From the NCBI GenBank assembly GCA_003693705.1, contig RBZT01000424.1, positions 52,090 through 116,089 on the forward strand: 64,000 bases of DNA, written 5' to 3'. Under the pieces are notes generated by a model. That model did not search any database. It saw only the letters and a program-made list of their open reading frames with translations, and had not been told where the DNA came from. The stretch is from Polymyxa betae A26-41 (lineage: Eukaryota; Protista; Endomyxa: Phytomyxea). This document shows, piece after piece, positions 27,015-40,636 of the stretch; position 1 is the stretch's first letter; the number at the start of each line of letters is the position of its first letter. The position numbers and the translations under genes were made by a program.

Positions 27015-29594
27015 CTATTCATGTCCAAGTTTTATTATATTTAACAGACTGCCTGTCGTACCGTTCTTGATGGCATTTCGACATGCAGAAATCACTCCTG
27101 CTTTCTGTTTGCCCATTCGTAAACGAGCACCTCGTTGGATCATGAGGTTGACCTGAACAAAAAAGCGAACTTAGCCCTGTGGCAAACCGTCGATAAGTTG
27201 TTGAACCTGTTTTAGAATCTCCAGCAGCGCTTTGTGATTAGCTTCTCTTTTGTTTAATTCTCTGATTAGTTCCTCGTTCGTGACCATCAGCTCTGAGCAT
27301 TGAATTTTGGCTTCTTTCATATCTTTCAGTAGTCGGGCATCCTGTTTCTTGAACTAAATATAGCATTTAATAAGGTTTGTTATACTGACCTCTCCTTTGA
27401 CTACTAAAGCCTTGACTAGGTTGCTGAGATCAGCGATATCGTAGTTTAGTCTTTTCTTTAATGTTGTGTATTCATCCAAATTCTTTAATACCTGCTCGAA
27501 TCGAGAAAATTCATCTGGGAAATTCGCAACACTGTCACATTGCTCAATGGCCAAGAATGAGCATAAATCCTGAATGATGTCCCCTAAATGTATCAAATTA
27601 CGGAAAATGAAGCCTCGACCATAATCCATACCTGCTAGTTGCATGTCATCAGTTTGCAACTGAAACTGGCCACCTCCTTCATTCTGAACAGAGACGTTCA
27701 GCAGTGTCTCAGTTCTCATGCATTTAAATCCAATCGAAAGCGATTCGCTATCATGCCTATTGGCAAAATCGAAAAGAAAACTTTGGCTGAGCCAAAGTAC
27801 AACACGAGATAAGCGTTCCTTCAACGGCATTGTCACCTGGACAATGTTAGACATCGCTCTGCGAGCCTGAGCTATGCTTCTGACAGTTGAATTGATCTGA
27901 GGCAGATCTCTGGCCTTGCAATAAACGAAGGAAGCAAACTTCGGCAACCGGTGCGACATTTCGAAGACGTGGTCGTTATTCGATCCTGATATAATTATCA
28001 ATCTGCAATCGATTCACACTCAATCAACCTTTGTATCCAATAACAACTTGAATTTTCAGTTGACATGCAATATGTTGGGTCAACTTCAATGGAACGATAA
28101 TCGACTTATTAGGAAATGTTGCATATTTCACAATCGTGCCTCCTTCCAGGATATTGTCCATAACCACAACGACAATCTGCTCGATACGGAATCAGTAATT
28201 CTTCTTCGAACTGTTTTTGAGTACTTTAATTAAGGTTTCATTGCTGGTGCTCATTCGAAGTTCAAGGCCTGTTTTAGTTAAATTAGGTCCCAGAGCACAT
28301 GTAATCTTAGTATCAGGAGGTATACGTCCCAGACCAGAATTCGGTTTCTGCATAGCAGCAAGGTTCATTTCATACCCATTTAGTTCTCTTTGTAACTCGG
28401 CGATTTTGGATTTCAGTTTGGCAACTGTGACATCATCGGAGGCGGAACGAACTGGGTTTACGACGCTCTTGTCTTCAACAGGAGTATATCCTTTTACAAA
28501 CTGTTAGAATCAATTTTTGATGATTTTCAAAACACCTTTCATATTGCCATCAGTTAAACAAATGATGAGTTCTTTGACGTTTTGATAGCGAAATTCACCA
28601 GCAATTATCGATGCTATAGTTCCTCCAACATTGCTGGTTTGAACAACAGTTCCATTTCGCATGAGCCGGAGCTAAAAAATCTCAAATCCAGACACCGTGA
28701 CGATGGCAAACAACAGACCTCAACCGTGCCATCTGAGAATCCGACAACTAATTCGGGAATTCCATCTGCATCCCAATCGAATGCAGCGATAGTTACAACC
28801 CGATTGCTGCATTTGAAGCTCCAGAGCTTCGACTCGCCTTCGTAGATACCGATTGTTCCATCAGATAATAAATACCCAAATGTGTTTTTCTGGATTTGGC
28901 AAAGATCTTAATTGAGCCAATGAGCACAAATAGATAGAATAAGCTATAAATGAATACTTGCGATAGGACACGATTCTGCTTTCTCCCAGACGACTTGCTC
29001 GTTTTTATAGGCTCGAATTTGACAGTCTTCACTGCCAACAATAAGTTTTTGAGAATCGCCGTCTTCAACATCACAACAAATTAAGCTCGTGACGTTGTCG
29101 CTTGTGACAGTCCAAAATTTTTCCTCTCCCGTGGCGTCGAACCCTTGTATTGAACAATTGCCACCAACAACAGCCAATGTCGAAGAGCTTTTCGTTGGGG
29201 AGCCTAATGAGATAACATTGACGCCATCAGCAATGTCTTTGAAAAAGACATCGCGATTATTGTGCAGATCGTAAGCCATGAGATTGGTCGGTGTTCCAAC
29301 AAATAGAATGTCATGCTCTAATGAGCCTATCCTTCCAGTCGCTATTGAAGTCACCTCTCTATTTACTCGTAATATCTACAGGATAGCTCAGAATAAGCTG
29401 ATTTTTATGGTGGTGCTGGTGACCTGCGGTTTGGATGGATCTGTCGCCCAGTGAATGGAAACAGTTCCGCCTGGATTGGCGGCTGCAATTGCAGGACGGT
29501 GTCCATCTAGATATCCAATAGCGAATCTATTAGGTAAGACATGGACCTGTAGAGATATATTGAATACAGGTATGAACGCATTACTTGAAGTCAT
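27015..29594 (-). CDS. BBS2: Bardet-Biedl syndrome 2 protein (BBSome)
   Basis: [79 protein letters not shown]. Confidence 0.95.
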
Positions 29595-30344
29595 GTTATT
29601 AAGAGTCACTCTTTGACTTGTTATTATGGGTACTCTGTACATGAAACAGCAACTGTATATGGTCTTAATGTTACAATATGATGTCTATATAGGTAGTGGT
29701 GTTAGTCAGTGACTTCACTAAGGCTATCTTGTCGTAACCAGGAACTGATTAGGCGCTCGATTTTGATGAGATCGCAGATCTGATCTGGACACGAGATTGT
29801 CGTTGCAATTCTTCAGTGACGGTAGCACGGGCTTAATGCACACAGCTGTTGAGTCATGTTGCTACGAAGACGAATATGTTTGAGAAATCTAGCCTTGCAC
29901 TTAGCGATCTGGTCAATCCAATCATTGGACAAAAGTTAGTTTGACCTCAAGTTGAAAATCCAAAAAATGCTGCAAAACCGTGGGCTATGTACCGAGACCA
30001 CACGTTCAGATCATGATAGATATAGAAGTGTCACAAAGGCTTTTTCACAATTTTACACTACAAGGACTCAACCGTTAATAAAAGTCAATGTGAAAAATGT
30101 TAAATCAGAATCATGATAAATCGCTCGGTTGATTTTAAACACCTACACTGGAGTAGGTGATTTCCCCAAAATCCATTATGTCCCACGAAAATTGGGTCTG
30201 CAAAGAAGTTGTCCTGTCTTGACAGTCGTCATGGGCGAGTAATGGATGTTTTTTCCAGGAAACTACTATCTGTGATGGATTAGCGAATTCAGCGTGCGTG
30301 CGGGAACCTCCTTTATTCGTATCAGTATTGTCTTTGTTTAAACG

Positions 30345-33300
30345 ATGAGAAGAAGAGGGTTTGTACCCAGGTTAAAAGCAGGCCAGCAACCACAGACCTC
30401 TGCCATCGTCAACAAATATGCTCAAGCTGAAGCCGAAAATAAACAGGACGATGATTTTGGGTTTTGTTTGTATTCTGGTGGCCCAGAACGAACTGGATGG
30501 CTTCTCAATGTGCATCAGGTATCGGTTATTCTCGCCCATCCAACCGAATCTTTGTAAATGACTGTTTCAGACCATGGTGATTGATCCAGAGACTAAGCTA
30601 GGACGTAGTGCAGTAAATTTTTATTTCATGGGCGAAGATGGCGATGGATTTCGTGCTACCCTTATTGTTCCATCCTACTTTTTAATCCGTGTTAAAGTAT
30701 GATGCTTGCATGCATCGTGACATAATTTTTAATAATGGTCAGGATGAGAGAAGACTCGAAGTCGAGCAGTACCTTTTGAAAAAGTTTGAAGGCGTAATAG
30801 CATCAATAGAGCACAAATTAATGGAAGATCTCGATAGACCGAATCACATATCAGGTTTGATATCTTCCTTCCCTTACCGACTATGTCTAATGGTCCATTA
30901 GTGAAGGAAACTTTGTTCTTGAAGCTCTCTTTCCACAATCTACAGCAGCACGCTACTGTTCGTAAATTTTTGCAGCCAATTGTATCGAGGAATTTTTCCA
31001 ATCAGTCGATGGCTGAAGGTAGTTTATAATGAAACCAGTGCTGGTTGCCCAACTGTTTTAGCATTTCTTGACGATGACAATTATCGTCCTAACCATCACA
31101 ATCTATCCAAAATGGAATGTCTTTCTGCAGTCATCGATATTCGAGAGTACGACGTTCCTTACGTTCAGGTTATCAAACCATTGCTGTCATAGTTCCACGG
31201 TTATATCGCTTATAGGCTGTTTGTATATCTGGTGGTTATCGAGCTGGCCTGTGGTATAACGTCGCCGTACGTGAGGGATCCACTATTTTAACCAATCTAC
31301 CCGAAATGGTTGAAGTAAGAAATTAGATCCACACGCTTGGGAACTGTTCTCATGACTTTCAATGAAGGTCCCCGATCTTCGAATTATCGCATATGATATC
31401 GAAACAACCAAAGCCCCGTTGAAATTCCCAGATCCAACTATGGATTCAATCATGATGATTTCATACATGGTTGATGGCGACGGCTACCTGATCGTCAACC
31501 GTCAGATTGTCTCTGAAGATATCGCTGATTTTGAGTATACTCCTAAACCAGAATTTCCTGGCCCTTTCACAGTATTCAATGAGGTACTGTTTCTATACCG
31601 AATGTTGAGGCTCTTGGTTGAATCGGAAGTCAGCCGGATGAGAAAGCTTTGTTGGACCGATTCGTAACACACATACAAGATATACGCCCTCATATTTTCA
31701 CAACTTATAACGGTGACTTTTTTGATTTCAAGTGAGTGCCCAGGTTGGAGAAGTTCATGAGATTTGCTGACTCTGTCAGGTTTGTTGACGCCCGTATGAA
31801 GCATTACGGATGGTCGCTAGAGAAACGAATCGGAATTCGTTTGAAAGATTCTGGTGACGAATATGAAGGTCGATTTGTTGTTCACTTGGACGCCTTCTGT
31901 TGGGTTCGCCGTGATTCGTATTTGCCTCAAGGGTCTCAGGGTTTAAAGGCTGTCACCAAGGTTGGAGATGCTGATTCGTTATCAAGAGTTTATTGAAAGT
32001 ATACGACAGGCCAAACTGGCATACAATCCACTGGAAGTCGATCCAGAACAGATGGTGACATTCGCTAAGACACGTCCACAACTTCTGGCATCGTATTCGG
32101 TTTCAGATGCAGTCGCTACTTATTATCTGTTTGTGAATCCTGTTTCATTGTAGATGTCCCAAATTAATCTGTATATGTCTAGCTATGTGAAATATGTTCA
32201 TTTATTCGTATATTCACTGTGTACAATTATTCCAATGGGTCCTGCTGATGTCCTACGTAAAGGCAGTGGTACATTGTGTGAACAGGTTTGTCCATTTGCT
32301 TTCATATGAAGAGTTATCGATCTAACTCGTTTTGTTACAGCTGTTGATGGTAGAGGCTGCTCGCGCCAATTTAGTCGCTCCTAATAAAGATCGAGCTAAA
32401 TTGATGCAATTTCATAACGGTAAATTTTCTTGACATAATGATGTTGATTTTGTGACTTACTAATTCTAGACCATTTACTGGAATCTCAAACTTATATCGG
32501 CGGGTATCAAGTTTTTGGTTTCATATTGCTTTCTGAGTGTAGTCCTTGCAGCCACGTTGAATGTTTGAAATCGGGTGTCTTCCGAAAAGATTTGCCAGAA
32601 ACGTTCCAGATGGATTCAGCAGAGATACAGAACTTGATTGATACTGCTGAAGATGCCATCAGATTTGCAGCTGAAACTGAATGGCAACGTCCCTGGGATG
32701 AGGTTGGCTCTCCATACCGCAATCCACTCACTTAATATCTGCTACAGATCGTCAATGCTGATCAGCTTGTTGATGAAATCAGGTCGAAGTTACAGGTTTT
32801 TTTAGAATCTCCAAAGGTCTCTATCGAGCCTCTCATATATCACTTGGATGTTCAAGCTATGTAATGATATGCTGTATTCGTGAAATTGTCTCTGATGCTG
32901 TCCTAGGTACCCGAATCTGATTTTAACCAATCGACTTCAGCCAATGGCCATTGTTAATGGACAGATCTGCGCTGCTTGTGATTACAATGTCGATTCTGAA
33001 ACCTGTCAGCGTCATATGCAATGGCAGTGGAAAGGGTCGGATGTACATGTCATGGTCTTTCCACAATCTTATTCTTACCATCAATTAGGCGGTTCTATCC
33101 TGCTACGCGTTCTGATGTAGAGCTTCTGTATGATACTCTGAGAAAATCAATGCATCCTGCACCTGTCTGTGGTTGTTCGTACATTGAGCGCATGTAGCTG
33201 ATATCTCATAAGGATGGATCACTAACGGTTCAATTCAGTGAATTATCTCTTAACAAACAGGCTGATCTACTTGCTGCTCGTGTTAAAGAATATTCACACA

Positions 33301-36300
33301 AAGTCCTGTTTATTGCTCTGATTTTGTATTGCTGCACTCAATCGGGCCTATAGGTTCATAAAAAGACAATTGAAGAGCATGTTGAGACAAGATTGGCAAC
33401 AATCTGCCAACGCGAAAATCCCTTCTGTTCGTCAATTTCGGCGATCTGGTGAAGAAATCGCCATTAACAATTTACGTAGATGTTGATACAGTTCGGGCTT
33501 TCCGAGATCGTCGTTATTTCTACAAAAAGAAGAACAAGTGAGATCGTGCACAATCGATGTTGTAACCATACTGAAAATCCATTTAGAGAATGGAAAGACA
33601 ATGTCAAGAAAGCCAAAACGTTGGCGGAGAAACAGAAAGCGAACTCTATGGTGCTTTTGTATGATTCTATGCAGTTAGCCCATAAGGTAATATACACATT
33701 TTTCCGTTTTGAAAAGTTAAATACGAACTTCAGTGTATCTTGAACTCTTTCTACGGTTATGTCATGAGAAAGGGTGCTCGATGGCATTCAATGGAGATGG
33801 CCGGAGTCGTTACCGATACAGGTTCTGGTCTCATATATTAGTATTGCAATGGCTGAGGCACGGTTCAGGTGCAAACATCATCAAGTTGGCGAGAGAGTTC
33901 GTAGATCGGGTCGGGATTCCATTAGAGCTTGATACTGATGGTATCTGGTGCATCTTACCAAAAGGATTTCCGGAAAATCTCACTCTTGCGGCGATTGATG
34001 ATGATGGCAAATCTCACAAGTAGGGATTGGGCAGCGATATGCCAATATGAATGGCGAGTGTCGCTGATGATTCCTGTGAAGGTTTGGGTTCAGTTATCCC
34101 TGCACAATCTTGAATAGACTCGTACATCAAAGATTCACTAATGACCAGTAACATTATCGACATATGATATATTCTCTTTATAGCTGATTATTCTTTTAGA
34201 TATCTGTCATGGGATCCAGAAACCAGACGCTATACTAGATCTCATGAAAACACCATCTTCTTTGAAGGTTTCGTATTCAAATGTTCAAAGACAACTTTTG
34301 AATGGGTGTAGTTGATGGACCTTATCGAGCCATGGTTATTCCGGCTGCACCTGAAGAAGGAAAAACCTTGAAGAAACGCTATGCGGTCTTCAATGATGAT
34401 GGATCTCTGGCTGAGCTCAAAGGTATTTGATTCGTATTCAGTATAGAGCAGGACTGTTTGACGTTTTATAGGATTCGAAGTTAAACGTCGTGGTGAACTT
34501 GGACTGATTAAGGTGTTCCAAAGTAATTTGCATAAAGTTATCTTGAGAGCTAGTTAGACATACAACTGGTGTAGGTCAAGTATTTCCAATATTTCTTGCT
34601 GGAAACACTATCGAGGAATGCTATCAAGAAGTTGCAGCCCATGCTAATGGCTGGCTCGACATCCTCGATCGAAAGGGAGCCGATATCTCTGATTCAGAAG
34701 TGTTCGAGCTGCTTTCTGAATCGAAGTCTATGTCTCAGGTATAAATCTATTATCACTCTAATACGATTTCTAATTCGATCTGCAAAGTCGCTGTCGGCTT
34801 ACGAAAACCAGCGATCAACTGCCATCACTACTGCTAAACGTCTTGCAGAATTTCTCGGCAAAAATTTACTTCAGGATAAGCTTTCTTGCCAGTATTGCTG
34901 CAAATGTTTCAATATGAAATGATACTTACAGCTATTATTGCAGATTTATTATTTCTCGTGCACCTCAGAATGCACCCGTTTCTGATCGGGCTGTTCCTGT
35001 AGCGATTTTTTCTGCCGAATCTGTACGTTAGCAAATAATGCCAATTTGCTTTATGTTCTATTTATCTTTTCCATCTAGTCTGAGAAACAGAAGTATCTTC
35101 GAAAATGGTACAGCCGCAGTGTCTGATAATTGCAGCTTGATATCAACTGTTGAGCAATCAGGCTAGGAGACGCTTCCATGCAAGACTTCGACATTCGCTC
35201 GATTCTAGATTGGTCCTACTACACGACTCGACTGGGCTCTGCAATCATGAAGATTATCACGAGTACTGCAATATATGTGTATTGGTTTCAATCAGTTCAG
35301 AACCTGAAATCAATGCTCAGTTCCTGCTTCTCTACAAGGCGTTAACAATCCAGTACCTCGAATTGCCCATCCAGAGTGGCTTCGTAAACGTATCGCCAAT
35401 GTAATACGACATATTACGCCATCGTTCAGCGTCTTAACTGATTCATTGACAAAGGATCGTTCCGGTTTCAAGCAGGCATCAATGAAGAATTTCTTCAGCG
35501 CAGCGAGCAATGCTCGCAATTCGGATGATATCGAAAACATCTGTCCAAATGAAGAATGTGTCAATGACAATGATCGAGCATTACCTTCGTCTTCTGCAGT
35601 TGTTCCAATCAGGAATGAAACACCTATAATTTCATACGAGCTCGCTCCGAATATGCAAGACGATTTTCAGGCCTGGCTTCAGGTTTTATATATCGCTTTG
35701 TCAAAAGCGATTCATTCTTGACCAGTTCTGCAGTTTGAGAAAGAACGATGGCGCTCGCTGCGCAAGCGCCGCAAATTGATGCCGACAACAACGAAATTGA
35801 AGAAATCTTCTCACACTGGTGAATTGAATTTACGGTTGAGATTGGATAGCCTGAATGTGTGTGTATCAGTGTCGCGAGATGCTCCACTTCAACTGCATAT
35901 TGTTCAAATGGTGCCACATCATCGTCTTTCTGGAAGTTTATTAGTCTGGGCCTATCTACCTGTCTGTTCTGTTTGTTGCTATGCATTATCAGTGATTAAA
36001 TCCACTCACAATAGGACAGAAACGAACTTAGAAGTTTCACATTGCATATCCCCAATACAATCTATGCAAACTTCTGCGACCAACAGCCTGAGCAGCCTGG
36101 ACTTCGGCCAGTACGTCCCAACTCGTGACGCTGCACATCCTATGTTTTATCAAGGTTATGCACAGGTCTCGAAGCGATATCTGCCGCGCTCTCAGAAAAT
36201 CCTTCATCTTTACGAAATCGTCGATGCATCAGAGGAGTTGATCTACGAATTGAGACAAAGCAGCTCTGTCGAGTCGATTTTTGAATCGCAAACTCCTCCT

Positions 36301-39300
36301 GTATTTCGTGCAATCATCCAAGTTGGCAACATGGTCCAATATAGGAATCGGTCTGCTGCTTATTTTTAATCGCCCTTTTTTATTGACTATACGCAGTGAT
36401 GTAATCTGGCGATCTGGATGCTCATTGCAAGATCTGGAGCTTCTTGATGGAACCCAATGTAATTATAATCCAGGAGTTGGTTCCAGATCATTACATAATG
36501 TATTCGTATACGGGGCCGGTACGGAAGAACGTTCCATATTGGCAGCGTTTCTACTAGAAAAGCAATGCACTCGGGTACGAATCTCAGTCTTTTACCATTA
36601 CCATTTTCCGTAATGCAAATATTAAAGGCGTTCGTGTGTATAATCAGCCAGAGAGGAATCCCATCTGATCGTCCCGACTTGCAATCATTTGTTGCTGGAT
36701 TGATTTCGGAACTGGGGATAACCGAGTCCATACAGGATCTCGTCTCTGAACTGAAAGTCGTGAAATCCGTCGATAAAGCTGTCCAAAATGTTCAGTCTAA
36801 GTATAATTGCTTTCTCTCGTCATGTGTTGAGCTCATCTAATCTAAGAATTGCAACTTTTCACAAAACGCACCATCATTCATCGTTCATCACTTTGCAGCT
36901 GTCGCCATCACTACAACGATTCGCCGCGGATTTATCGCTCTTAGGTCAACATTCTTTGTTTCTGTTCGAATTCGGTAATAATCCCGATTTCAGGCTCGCA
37001 ATCGCCCATGATTCCCGTCATTGACATTCCATCACATCCATCCGATGATCGTTTTGAATCTTTGCAATGGGCAACCGCTTGCTGCAAGACGGCAACTTCA
37101 AGGTTCTCGCGTTTGGGTTACAAGACGGAATGTTTCACTGATAATTGTAGATACTTGTCACATCATCGACTGATGATGGATTATCTCCAATGTAGCCGAT
37201 TTGCTCTGATACCTATTGGGAATATTGCAATGCGAACTACGTCTTTAATGTTGGACGTGTTCTATGCCCGTCAATTACGTGAAGGAAATCATCTCCTCTG
37301 GTGCTCTTTATCGGATTATCCAGGTCGGATCTTTCGACATTTGGTAATCTGCTCTCGCTAATCTGTCGTATAGATGTTGGTTGTAACGATGCAGCACAAT
37401 GCGACTCTCTGTTCGACGATACCATCAGCAACCCAGAAAGAATCAATCCTGGGTCTGACTTCTAGAACGCATCATCGGTTTACGCTCTTACAGTTTTTCG
37501 TTTAGTTGCTATCGAGGAGCATGCGTTGAAATTGAAGTTTGTAATATGGCGGCAAACGCCCTGCTTTCGAGCGAATGTGTCCGGTTTGTTGATGATACAA
37601 TGAAATCTGCTGATCAACAGCCAGATGCTGACAGTAAAGTTGTTGATTTGCCTAGTTTCTTTCATCTCATTGCTGCACAGGTCAATTCCAGTCACGAATA
37701 CGATTACGTCCGCGATCTGTTGACTGTCTCTCTTCGGCGCCAGCATTTGTCATTCTGAATCGACTAGTCGTAACACTCTTCGATGAAGTTCGTTCTAGTC
37801 AAAATGCTGTCGCCGATGCTCTCCTCAGTCAGGTTTATAAGGTGCTTCCCACAGTATGCTGAAGATATCTGCTCACTGCTGCTACCAGTGGATCACATCT
37901 CCAACTTCCCTTTTGTACGAACCGAATTTGCACCGACTACTGCATAACATCATGCAGAAGGTGTTCGGTCGGTTATGCAACCAGTTCAAAGCTCTTGGAG
38001 CCCAGGTTTTCATCTTCATCGTGTTGTGCTTCATGAGATTAACTTTTGCTTCAGGTCATTTTGGGAACATTCAACAAACTGGTGATATCTACCAAACGCC
38101 CCGATATCAGAGCTGCTCTGTCTTTCCTGAAATACGCTTCCAAAACCATTAATGAACAGGAAATGTTTCGTCATCTTTCATTCAGGTCGCATTCCACCAT
38201 CCCACGACATTGTTTGCGTTTTAATTTGTAGCAATGCAGATATGAAGGTTTATGGCGAAGCTTGCTCTATCTGGATGCTGCAAACTATACCGGAATACCT
38301 TATAGCGATGGAGAAGCTTCAGAAGGACAGATGCAAGATGAAGCAGACGATATCATTGCACAAGGTGTGCGAATTTGTTACTACTCTCGTTGTTGTGGCT
38401 GTTGATTCTAGTTAGGTGAATGGAACATCACCGAATATCTTCCCGAGTTACCTCGAGCTTATTTTATCGAACTGATGACCGATTTTATTGTTCGTCCTTA
38501 TATTTATTGTCGCAATCTCTACCAAGAAATTCGAGAACGAGAAGGTTGTGTTGATTTGACTAAGCTGCAGGAATCCATCCGATTGTATGTTAAAGAACAA
38601 GCTGTAAGCCGTCTGCCATGTCCTGCACCAGAAATGACAATGTTTGGGCAGGAGTCTCATTACGTAAGGCGTCTTCTGGAGATGATTGATATCATCAATA
38701 AGATCGGTCACGGTGTTCATGTTTCAGATGAGGATCGTCAACGAGCCTTGTCTTTTCCCGTTAATCTACGAGGAAGTCATTTGACCATGACAAATTCTGC
38801 TTTAGAGTTTATCAAGATGTGCACTCGAGTTATGGCCATGGTGCGTCATAGTTCCTGTATGTTCAACTTTTGAGAATATGATATCAGGACGACCTCATCG
38901 CTAATGAAGTAAATTGCATGAAATCGGCAGCCCTGCAACTGATCGGGTACAGTCCGTTCTCTCCAGAAGCCGATTTTGTCAATCCATGTGCTACATTCCG
39001 CCTTCGTGACGTACCTTGTTCATGTTGTGATTCCATTCGAGACTTAGATCTGTGCCGAAGCCCACTAAGTCCCCAAGGTGCACTTTTGTGTTCAGCATGT
39101 GGCAATTCGCTAGACCATAATCTTATCGAATCAATGCTGGTTAAATACGTGATCAGAAGATCTGATATGTATCAAGTGCAGGACGTGAAATGCAAGCGAT
39201 GTGGTCGGGTGTCAGGCTCGCCAATCTCACCTCTTTGTCAATGCAGTGGCGATCTTAATTCCGGGATCCAGGACCACGATTGGGTGTCATTTATTGGCAG

Positions 39301-39370
39301 CTTCGCCGGAATCGCAAAGTCATTCAAATTTGACTGGCTGCTTGATATCTGCATCAGTAAGATAAAATGA
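30345..39370 (+). CDS. POLE: DNA polymerase epsilon catalytic subunit (many short introns)
   Basis: Exonuclease [61 protein letters not shown]; C-terminal CysA/CysB zinc motifs. Confidence 0.97.
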
Positions 39371-39405
39371 CATACGTTATGGTTAACAACGTTTGATTCG
39401 GATAT

Positions 39406-40285
39406 TTAATGGACAATGCTGGAAATATAATCAACCACGTCGCTCATTTCTTGACCAGAAACACTGTGACCCAATCCAGAGTAAACCTTAAACTGAACAG
39501 GGACCCCGGCTTCAGTCAAAATACTGGCTGTCTTCTTTCCAGCTTCGAATCGAACAACGGGATCGATGTTTCCGTGACAAATAAGAATTGGAGTATGCTG
39601 ATTGGCCGCTTTCAGCTTGGATTTCTCGAAAATATCATGGTGTGGAAGATATCCAGACAAAGCGATGATCCCGCCCAACGGTGAGCCCATTTGCAGTCCT
39701 GTATATAAAGACAGTGCTGCTCCCTACAAGTTCGTTATGTCAAAATGAAATTTTTTTGAAAATGAGTCTAACCTGGCTGAATCCTCCAACGATAATACGG
39801 TTGGAGGGGATGCCGCCCTTGATTTCCTCTTCAATCAATTCTTGAACTATTTACAGCATATTAACCCAAGCTAGGTGCTAAAATAGGAAAGAAATACTTG
39901 CGGCTCTCGATTCTTCTAATCCGGTCAACTTTTCGGAATCAATTGAGTTCAACGAATGGATATCATGCCAGGAAGTGCAGGGAAAGTTCCCTAAATCGGT
40001 TTAACAAACCAGAATCGCAGCAAAAGGATTTTGAACCATTCAGAGTAACTGGGCGAATTGGGGCAGTTGGCAGTACGAGCTTCAAGTTGGGAAATGTTTT
40101 CTGAAACGATTTCAATTCCAAAGCCCATGAATCAGCCTACCAGGTGTCAATGAGACTGGCTAACAAGTCGATGTGCCCATTACAGTATCACCTAAACCAT
40201 GAAGGAAAATCAACGTTGCCTGGTGTGCTGACGGAGCTGGTATAGACGTAAGGTTGGAGAATAGCTTCCTTGCTGATGAGCTCAT
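39406..40285 (-). CDS. Acyl-protein thioesterase / lysophospholipase (LYPLA/APT1 family alpha/beta hydrolase)
   Basis: IFLHGLGDT, PTAPIRPVTLNG, GGFSQG nucleophile motif, LSGYLP, HGNIDPVV, GLGHS. Confidence 0.9.
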
Positions 40286-40636
40286 AGGCAAATGTATTGA
40301 TCCAGCAATCACACCTGCTAATATGATGCAAGTTGAGGTCAATTTCAATGGACATCATTAGGAAGGGGTTGCGCTCCGTGATATCATTTTGTAAATTGTC
40401 GCATCAATATCATTACTGTATATCTTCACAATTACAAATATCAAACATGGTGTTATTTTAGTTGTAGTAGAAATTAATTGCATCAGTATTGCTTGCAATG
40501 CTGCAGTGCAGGGCCTAGATGCATGTCCCTGCTGTACTGCCGAGCTTGCAGAATGTTTTAGAGGGTCGAGCATTAGAGCGGTACCCTACTGTCGATCGAT
40601 TCATTGCCTTTCGATTTCATCGCAATATAAACAACC

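Noticed and set aside
30295-30310. E2F-like GCGGGAA upstream of POLE; also CRE-like TGACGTCA at 43758-43765
   Set aside because: Short motifs expected by chance; no conservation data.
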